Shown here: piece after piece, positions 53,001 to 64,000 of the stretch
Position numbering within the stretch: position 1 is the first letter of the stretch
Layout: each line of letters starts with the position of its first letter
From: Nemertoderma westbladi
Lineage: Eukaryota; Animalia; Xenacoelomorpha
Length of the DNA: 64,000 bases
NCBI GenBank assembly: GCA_032718475.1
Contig: JAUCBJ010005137.1
Location: forward strand, 108,327-172,326
Direction of reading: 5' to 3'
Translations under genes and position numbers: made by a program
The notes under the pieces: model-generated
Told to the model about the DNA's origin: nothing
The model's input: only the letters and a program-made list of their open reading frames with translations
Databases searched by the model: none

Positions 53001-56000
53001 CGTTGCAAACAAGTTACATCGATATTCGGTACGTTGCAAACAAGTTACATAGATATTCGGTACGTTACAAACAAGTTACATAGATATTCGGTACGTTACA
53101 AACAAGTTACATAGATATTCGGTACGTTACAAACAAGTTACATCGATATTCGGTACGTTGCAAACAAGTTACATCGATATTCGGTACGTTGCAAACAAGT
53201 TACATAGATATTCGGTACGTTACAAACAAGTTACATCGATATTCGGTACGTTGCAAACAAGTTACATCGATATTCGGTACGTTGCAAACAAGTTACATAG
53301 ATATTCGGTACGTTACAAACAAGTTACATAGATATTCGGTACGTTACAAACAAGTTACATAGATATTCGGTACGTTACAAACAAGTTACATCGATATTCG
53401 GTACGTTGCAAACAAGTTACATAGATATTCGGTACGTTACAAACAAGTTACATAGATATTCGGTACGTTACAAACAAGTTACATAGATATTCGGTACGTT
53501 GCAAACAAGTTACATCGATATTCGGTGCGTTACAAACAAGTTACATAGATATTCGGTATGTTACAAACAAGTTACATAGATATTCGGTACGTTACAAATA
53601 AGTTACATTGATATTCGGTATGTTACAAACAAGTTACATTGATATTCGGTACGTTACAAACAAGTTACATCGATATTCGGTACGTTACAAACAAGTTACA
53701 TAGATATTCGGTACGTTGCAAACAAGTTACATAGATATTCGGTACGTTGCAAACAAGTTACATAGATATTCGGTACGTTGCAAACAAGTTACATAGATAT
53801 TCGGTACGTTGCAAACAAGTTACATCTATATTCGGTACGTTGCAAACAAGTTACATAGATATTCGGTACGTTGCAAACAAGTTACATCGATATTCGGTAC
53901 GTTGCAAACAAGTTACATAGATATTCGGTACGTTACAAACAAGTTACATAGATATTCGGTACGTTACAAACAAGTTACATCGATATTCGGTACGTTGCAA
54001 ACAAGTTACATAGATATTCGGTACGTTGCAAACAAGTTACATAGATATTCGGTACGTTGCAAACAAGTTACATCGATATTCGGTACGTTACAAACAAGTT
54101 ACATAGATATTCGGTACGTTACAAACAAGTTACATCGATATTCGGTATGTTACAAACAAGTTACATCGATATTCGGTACGTTACAAACAAGTTACATCGA
54201 TATTCGGTACGTTGCAAACAAGTTACATAGATATTCGGTACGTTACAAACAAATTACATAGATATTCGGTACATTACAAACAAGTTACATAGATATTCGG
54301 TACGTTACAAACAAGTTACATAGATATTCGGTACGTTACAAACAAGTTACATAGATATTCGGTACGTTACAAACAAGTTACATAGATATTCGGTACGTTG
54401 CAAACAAGTTACATAGATATTCGGTACGTTGCAAACAAGTTACATCGATATTCGGTACGTTACAAACAAGTTACATAGATATTCGGTACGTTACAAACAA
54501 GTTACATCGATATTCGGTATGTTACAAACAAGTTACATAGATATTCGGTACGTTACAAACAAGTTACATCGATATTCGGTACGTTGCAAACAAGTTACAT
54601 AGATATTCGGTACGTTACAAACAAATTACATAGATATTCGGTACATTACAAACAAGTTACATAGATATTCGGTACGTTACAAACAAGTTACATAGATATT
54701 CGGTACGTTACAAACAAGTTACATAGATATTCGGTACGTTACAAACAAGTTACATCGATATTCGGTACGTTACAAACAAGTTACATCGATATTCGGTACG
54801 TTACAAACAAGTTACATAGATATTCGGTACGTTACAAACAAGTTACATCGATATTCGGTACGTTACAAACAAGTTACATTGATATTCGGTACGTTACAAA
54901 CAAGTTACATAGATATTCGGTACGTTACAAACAAGTTACATCGATATTCGGTACGTTGCAAACAAGTTACATCGATATTCGGTACGTTACAAACAAGTTA
55001 CATAGATATTCGGTACGTTACAAACAAATTACATATATATTCGGTACGTTGCAAACAAGTTACATCGATATTCGGTACGTTGCAAACAAGTTACATAGAT
55101 ATTCGGTACGTTACAAACAAGTTACATCGATATTCGGTACGTTACAAACAAGTTACATAGATATTCGGTACGTTGCAAACAAGTTACATAGATATTCGGT
55201 ACGTTACAAACAAGTTACATTGATATTCGGTGCGTTACAAACAAGTTACATTGATATTCGGTACGTTACAAACAAGTTACATAGATATTCGGTACGTTAC
55301 AAACAAGTTACATTGATATTCGGTACGTTACAAACAAGTTACATTGATATTCGGTACGTTACAAACAAGTTACATTGATATTCGGTGCGTTACAAACAAG
55401 TTACATAGATATTCGGTACGTTACAAACAAGTTACATTGATATTCGGTACGTTACAAACAAGTTACATAGATATTCGGTTCGTTACAAACAAGTTACATA
55501 GATATTCGGTATGTTACAAACAAGTTACATTGATATTCGGTGCGTTACAAACAAGTTACATTGATATTCGGTACGTTACAAACAAGTTACATAGATATTC
55601 GGTACGTTACAAACAAGTTACATAGATATTCGGTACGTTACAAACAAGTTACATTGATATTCGGTACGTTACAAACAAGTTACATAGATATTCGGTACGT
55701 TACAAACAAGTTACATAGATATTCGGTACGTTACAAACAAGTTACATAGATATTCGGTACGTTACAAACAAGTTACATTGATATTCGGTACGTTACAAAC
55801 AAGTTACATAGATATTCGGTACGTTACAAACAAGTTACATAGATATTCGGTACGTTACAAACAAGTTACATTGATATTCGGTGCGTTACAAACAAGTTAC
55901 ATTGATATTCGGTACGTTACAAACAAGTTACATTGATATTCGGTGCGTTACAAACAAGTTACATAGATATTCGGTGCGTTACAAACAAGTTACATAGATA

Positions 56001-59000
56001 TTCGGTACGTTACAAACAAGTTACATAGATATTCGGTACGTTACAAACAAGTTACATTGATATTCGGTGCGTTACAAACAAGTTACATAGATATTCGGTG
56101 CGTTACAAACAAGTTACATAGATATTCGGTGCGTTACAAACAAGTTACATCGATATTCGGTACGTTACAAACAAGTTACATTGATATTCGGTACGTTACA
56201 AACAAGTTACATAGATATTCGGTATGTTACAAACAAGTTACATTGATATTCGGTACGTTACAAACAAGTTATATCGATATTCGGTACGTTACAAACAAGT
56301 TACATAGATATTCGGTGCGTTACAAACAAGTTACATAGATATTCGGTACGTTACAAACAAGTTATATCGATATTCGGTACTTCACAAACAAGTTACATAG
56401 ATATTCGGTATGTTACAAACAAGTTACATTGATATTCGGTACGTTACAAACAAGTTACATAGATATTCGGTACGTTACAAACAAGTTACATAGATATTCG
56501 GTGCGTTACAAACAAGTTACATTGATATTCGGTACGTTACAAACAAGTTACATTGATATTCGGTATGTTACAAACAAGTTACATCGATATTCGGTACGTT
56601 ACAAACAAGTTACATTGATATTCGGTACGTTACAAACAAGTTACATCGATATTCGGTACGTTACAAACAAGTTACATCGATATTCGGTACGTTACAAACA
56701 AGTTACATAGATATTCGGTGCGTTACAAACAAGTTACATAGATATTCGGTACGTTACAAACAAGTTACATAGATATTCGGTGCGTTACAAACAAGTTACA
56801 TTGATATTCGGTACGTTACAAACAAGTTACATAGATATTCGGTATGTTACAAACAAGTTACATTGATATTCGGTACGTTACAAACAAGTTATATCGATAT
56901 TCGGTACGTTACAAACAAGTTACATAGATATTCGGTACGTTACAAACAAGTTACATAGATATTCGGTACGTCACAAACAAGTTACATAGATATTCGGTAC
57001 GTTACAAACAAGTTACATAGATATTCGGTACATTACAAACAAGTTACATTGATATTCGGTACGTTACAAACAAGTTACATAGATATTCGGTATGTTACAA
57101 ACAAGTTACATTGATATTCGGTACGTTACAAACAAGTTATATCGATATTCGGTACGTTACAAACAAGTTACATAGATATTCGGTGCGTTACAAACAAGTT
57201 ACATAGATATTCGGTACGTTACAAACAAGTTACATAGATATTCGGTACGTTACAAACAAGTTACATAGATATTCGGTACGTCACAAACAAGTTACATAGA
57301 TATTCGGTACGTTACAAACAAGTTACATAGATATTCGGTATGTTACAAACAAGTTACATTGATATTCGGTGCGTTACAAACAAGTTACATAGATATTCGG
57401 TATGTTACAAACAAGTTACATTGATATTCGGTACGTTACAAACAAGTTATATCGATATTCGGTACGTTACAAACAAGTTACATAGATATTCGGTATGTTA
57501 CAAACAAGTTACATTGATATTCGGTACGTTACAAACAAGTTATATCGATATTCGGTACGTTACAAACAAGTTACATAGATATTCGGTACGTTACAAACAA
57601 GTTACATAGATATTCGGTACGTTGCAAACAAGTTACATTGATATTCGGTGCGTTACAAACAAGTTACATAGATATTCGGTATGTTACAAACAAGTTACAT
57701 TGATATTCGGTACGTTACAAACAAGTTATATCGATATTCGGTACGTTACAAACAAGTTATATCGATATTCGGTACGTTACAAACAAGTTACATAGATATT
57801 CGGTGCGTTACAAACAAGTTACATAGATATTCGGTACGTTACAAACAAGTTATATCGATATTCGGTACGTTACAAACAAGTTACATAGATATTCGGTGCG
57901 TTACAAACAAGTTACATAGATATTCGGTGCGTTACAAACAAGTTACATATATATTCGGTGCGTTACAAACAAGTTACATAGATATTCGGTACGTTGCAAA
58001 CAAGTTACATTGATATTCGGTGCGTTACAAACAAGTTACATAGATATTCGGTATGTTACAAACAAGTTACATTGATATTCGGTACGTTACAAACAAGTTA
58101 TATCGATATTCGGTACGTTACAAACAAGTTACATAGATATTCGGTACGTTGCAAACAAGTTACATAGATATTCGGTGCGTTACAAACAAGTTACATAGAT
58201 ATTCGGTACGTTACAAACAAGTTACATAGATATTCGGTACGTTGCAAACAAGTTACATAGATATTCGGTGCGTTACAAACAAGTTACATAGATATTCGGT
58301 ACGTTACAAACAAGTTACATAGATATTCGGTACGTTGCAAACAAGTTACATTGATATTCGGTGCGTTACAAACAAGTTACATAGATATTCGGTATGTTAC
58401 AAACAAGTTACATTGATATTCGGTACGTTACAAACAAGTTATATCGATATTCGGTACGTTACAAACAAGTTACATAGATATTCGGTACGTTGCAAACAAG
58501 TTACATAGATATTCGGTGCGTTACAAACAAGTTACATAGATATTCGGTACGTTACAAACAAGTTACATAGATATTCGGTACGTTATAAACAAGTTACATA
58601 GATATTCGGTACGTTGCAAACAAGTTACATAGATATTCGGTACGTTACAAACAAGTTACATAGATATTCGGTACGTTGCAAACAAGTTACATAGATATTC
58701 GGTGCGTTACAAACAAGTTACATAGATATTCGGTACGTTGCAAACAAGTTACATTGATATTCGGTGCGTTACAAACAAGTTACATAGATATTCGGTATGT
58801 TACAAACAAGTTACATTGATATTCGGTACGTTACAAACAAGTTATATCGATATTCGGTACGTTACAAACAAGTTACATAGATATTCGGTATGTTACAAAC
58901 AAGTTACATTGATATTCGGTACGTTACAAACAAGTTATATCGATATTCGGTACGTTACAAACAAGTTACATAGATATTCGGTGCGTTACAAACAAGTTAC

Positions 59001-62000
59001 ATAGATATTCGGTACGTTACAAACAAGTTACATAGATATTCGGTACGTTACAAACAAGTTACATTGATATTCGGTACGTTACAAACAAGTTACATAGATA
59101 TTCGGTACGTTACAAATAAGTTACATAGATATTCGGTGCGTTACAAACAAGTTACATTGATATTCGGTACGTTACAAACAAGTTACATCGATATTCGGTA
59201 CGTTACAAACAAGTTACATCGATATTCGGTACGTTACAAACAAGTTACATTGATATTCGGTACGTTACAAACAAGTTACATAGATATTCGGTACGTTACA
59301 AACAAGTTACATAGATATTCGGTTCGTTACAAACAAGTTACATAGATATTCGGTGCGTTACAAACAAGTTACATAGATATTCGGTACGTTACAAACAAGT
59401 TACATCGATATTCGGTACGTTACAAACAAGTTACATAGATATTCGGTATGTTACAAACAAGTTACATAGATATTCGGTACGTTACAAACAAGTTACATTG
59501 ATATTCGGTACGTTACAAACAAGTTACATAGATATTCGGTACGTTACAAACAAGTTACATAGATATTCGGTGCGTTACAAACAAGTTACATAGATATTCG
59601 GTACGTTACAAACAAGTTATATCGATATTCGGTACGTTACAAACAAGTTACATAGATATTCGGTATGTTACAAACAAGTTACATTGATATTCGGTACGTT
59701 ACAAACAAGTTATATCGATATTCGGTACGTTACAAACAAGTTACATAGATATTCGGTGCGTTACAAACAAGTTACATAGATATTCGGTGCGTTACAAACA
59801 AGTTACATAGATATTCGGTACGTTACAAACAAGTTACATTGATATTCGGTACGTTACAAACAAGTTACATTGATATTCGGTACGTTACAAACAAGTTATA
59901 TCGATATTCGGTACGTTACAAACAAGTTACATAGATATTCGGTATGTTACAAACAAGTTACATTGATATTCGGTACGTTACAAACAAGTTATATCGATAT
60001 TCGGTACGTTACAAACAAGTTACATAGATATTCGGTGCGTTACAAACAAGTTACATAGATATTCGGTACGTTACAAACAAGTTACATAGATATTCGGTAC
60101 GTTACAAACAAGTTACATCGATATTCGGTACGTTACAAACAAGTTACATAGATATTCGGTACGTTGCAAACAAGTTACATTGATATTCGGTGCGTTACAA
60201 ACAAGTTACATAGATATTCGGTACGTTACAAACAAGTTACATAGATATTCGGTACGTTACAAACAAGTTACATAGATATTCGGTACGTTACAAACAAGTT
60301 ACATTGATATTCGGTACGTTACAAACAAGTTACATAGATATTCGGTACGTTACAAACAAGTTACATTGATATTCGGTACGTTACAAACAAGTTACATTGA
60401 TATTCGGTACGTTACAAACAAGTTACATAGATATTCGGTACGTTACAAACAAGTTACATTGATATTCAGTACGTTACAAACAAGTTACATAGATATTCGG
60501 TATGTTACAAACAAGTTACATAGATATTCGGTACGTTACAAACAAGTTACATCGATATTCGGTACGTTACAAACAAGTTACATAGATATTCGGTGCGTTA
60601 CAAACAAGTTACATCGATATTCGGTACGTTACAAACAAGTTATATTGATATTCGGTACGTTACAAACAAGTTACATTGATATTCGGTACGTTGCAAACCA
60701 GTTACATCGATATTCGGTACGTTACAAACAAGTTACATCGATATTCGGTACGTTACAAACAAGTTACATAGATATTCGGTACGTTACAAACAAGTTACAT
60801 CGATATTCGGTACGTTACAAACAAGTTACATCGATATTCGGTACGTTACAAACAAGTTACATCGATATTCGGTACGTTACAAACAAGTTACATAGATATT
60901 CGGTACGTTACAAACAAGTTACATCGATATTCGGTACGTTACAAACAAGTTACATAGATATTCGGTATGTTACAAACAAGTTACATAGATATTCGGTACG
61001 TTACAAACAAGTTACATCGATATTCGGTACGTTACAAACAAGTTACATTGATATTCGGTACGTTACAAACAAGTTACATTGATATTCGGTGCGTTACAAA
61101 CAAGTTACATTGATATTCGGTACGTTACAAACAAGTTACATTGATATTCGGTACGTTACAAACAAGTTACATAGATATTCGGTACGTTACAAACAAGTTA
61201 CATTGATATTCGGTGCGTTACAAACAAGTTACATAGATATTCGGTGCGTTACAAACAAGTTACATTGATATTCGGTACGTTACAAACAAGTTACATTGAT
61301 ATTCGGTACGTTACAAACAAGTTACATTGATATTCGGTGCGTTACAAACAAGTTACATTGATATTCGGTACGTTACAAACAAGTTACATTGATATTCGGT
61401 ACGTTACAAACAAGTTACATTGATATTCGGTACGTTACAAACAAGTTACATTGATATTCGGTGCGTTACAAACAAGTTACATTGATATTCGGTACGTTAC
61501 AAACAAGTTACATTGATATTCGGTACGTTACAAACAAGTTACATAGATATTCGGTACGTTACAAACAAGTTACATTGATATTCGGTGCGTTACAAACAAG
61601 TTACATAGATATTCGGTGCGTTACAAACAAGTTACATAGATATTCGGTACGTTGCAAACAAGTTACATTGATATTCGGTGCGTTACAAACAAGTTACATA
61701 GATATTCGGTATGTTACAAACAAGTTACATTGATATTCGGTACGTTACAAACAAGTTATATCGATATTCGGTACGTTACAAACAAGTTACATAGATATTC
61801 GGTATGTTACAAACAAGTTACATTGATATTCGGTACGTTACAAACAAGTTATATCGATATTCGGTACGTTACAAACAAGTTACATAGATATTCGGTGCGT
61901 TACAAACAAGTTACATAGATATTCGGTACGTTACAAACAAGTTACATAGATATTCGGTACGTTACAAACAAGTTACATTGATATTCGGTACGTTACAAAC

Positions 62001-64000
62001 AAGTTACATAGATATTCGGTACGTTACAAATAAGTTACATAGATATTCGGTGCGTTACAAACAAGTTACATTGATATTCGGTACGTTACAAACAAGTTAC
62101 ATCGATATTCGGTACGTTACAAACAAGTTACATCGATATTCGGTACGTTACAAACAAGTTACATTGATATTCGGTACGTTACAAACAAGTTACATAGATA
62201 TTCGGTACGTTACAAACAAGTTACATAGATATTCGGTTCGTTACAAACAAGTTACATAGATATTCGGTGCGTTACAAACAAGTTACATAGATATTCGGTA
62301 CGTTACAAACAAGTTACATCGATATTCGGTACGTTACAAACAAGTTACATAGATATTCGGTATGTTACAAACAAGTTACATAGATATTCGGTACGTTACA
62401 AACAAGTTACATTGATATTCGGTACGTTACAAACAAGTTACATAGATATTCGGTACGTTACAAACAAGTTACATAGATATTCGGTGCGTTACAAACAAGT
62501 TACATAGATATTCGGTACGTTACAAACAAGTTATATCGATATTCGGTACGTTACAAACAAGTTACATAGATATTCGGTATGTTACAAACAAGTTACATTG
62601 ATATTCGGTACGTTACAAACAAGTTATATCGATATTCGGTACGTTACAAACAAGTTACATAGATATTCGGTGCGTTACAAACAAGTTACATAGATATTCG
62701 GTGCGTTACAAACAAGTTACATAGATATTCGGTACGTTACAAACAAGTTACATTGATATTCGGTACGTTACAAACAAGTTACATTGATATTCGGTACGTT
62801 ACAAACAAGTTATATCGATATTCGGTACGTTACAAACAAGTTACATAGATATTCGGTATGTTACAAACAAGTTACATTGATATTCGGTACGTTACAAACA
62901 AGTTATATCGATATTCGGTACGTTACAAACAAGTTACATAGATATTCGGTGCGTTACAAACAAGTTACATAGATATTCGGTACGTTACAAACAAGTTACA
63001 TAGATATTCGGTACGTTACAAACAAGTTACATCGATATTCGGTACGTTACAAACAAGTTACATAGATATTCGGTACGTTGCAAACAAGTTACATTGATAT
63101 TCGGTGCGTTACAAACAAGTTACATAGATATTCGGTACGTTACAAACAAGTTACATAGATATTCGGTACGTTACAAACAAGTTACATAGATATTCGGTAC
63201 GTTACAAACAAGTTACATTGATATTCGGTACGTTACAAACAAGTTACATAGATATTCGGTACGTTACAAACAAGTTACATTGATATTCGGTACGTTACAA
63301 ACAAGTTACATTGATATTCGGTACGTTACAAACAAGTTACATAGATATTCGGTACGTTACAAACAAGTTACATTGATATTCAGTACGTTACAAACAAGTT
63401 ACATAGATATTCGGTATGTTACAAACAAGTTACATAGATATTCGGTACGTTACAAACAAGTTACATCGATATTCGGTACGTTACAAACAAGTTACATAGA
63501 TATTCGGTGCGTTACAAACAAGTTACATCGATATTCGGTACGTTACAAACAAGTTATATTGATATTCGGTACGTTACAAACAAGTTACATTGATATTCGG
63601 TACGTTGCAAACCAGTTACATCGATATTCGGTACGTTACAAACAAGTTACATCGATATTCGGTACGTTACAAACAAGTTACATAGATATTCGGTACGTTA
63701 CAAACAAGTTACATCGATATTCGGTACGTTACAAACAAGTTACATCGATATTCGGTACGTTACAAACAAGTTACATCGATATTCGGTACGTTACAAACAA
63801 GTTACATAGATATTCGGTACGTTACAAACAAGTTACATCGATATTCGGTACGTTACAAACAAGTTACATAGATATTCGGTATGTTACAAACAAGTTACAT
63901 AGATATTCGGTACGTTACAAACAAGTTACATCGATATTCGGTACGTTACAAACAAGTTACATTGATATTCGGTACGTTACAAACAAGTTACATTGATATT
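20091..64000. repeat. 31-bp tandem satellite (GTTACATAGATATTCGGTACGTTACAAACAA)n, at least 43.9 kb (~1,400 copies), running off the window
   Basis: Directly visible, single orientation, no foreign insertions seen; variation is concentrated at a few recurrent positions. Confidence 0.99.

Noticed and set aside
20256-63996. Dozens of ORFs reading LQTSYIDIRYVTNKLHRYSVRYKQVT as a repeat protein
   Set aside because: They are translations of the 31-bp unit cycling through frames; ORF length depends only on whether the variable site forms TAG/TGA in frame.
20091-64000. CRISPR array (31-bp repeat length)
   Set aside because: Units are head-to-tail with no unique spacers, there are no cas genes, and the context is a spliced eukaryotic gene.

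Overview
AT-rich eukaryotic, probably invertebrate animal, genomic DNA; not prokaryotic. The first ~20 kb holds a spliced + strand gene that the ORF track largely misses. It encodes an SR splicing factor (RRM + CCHC zinc knuckle + RS domain), with coding exons at 220-328, 1022-1074, 9853-9936 and 19014/19050-~19216. Its two ~9 kb introns contain: a decayed CRE-clade non-LTR retrotransposon split by a 2.5 kb palindromic hAT-type element (8-bp TSD); a 17-bp minisatellite; a 403-bp hAT MITE; a Gypsy RNaseH-integrase remnant joined to a CR1-group LINE fragment; a three-level nest of inverted-repeat elements that includes 37-bp and 88-bp palindromic insertions with TSDs; a tRNA-like cloverleaf inside a perfect 112-bp inverted repeat; and an intact antisense nested GT31 glycosyltransferase gene. 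From ~20091 to the window end lies an unbroken 31-bp tandem satellite (~1,400 copies). It shows regional variant domains and kb-scale duplications, and may sit inside a giant intron of the SR gene. All ORFs in the satellite are artefacts. All calls were made by eye; no database searches were run.
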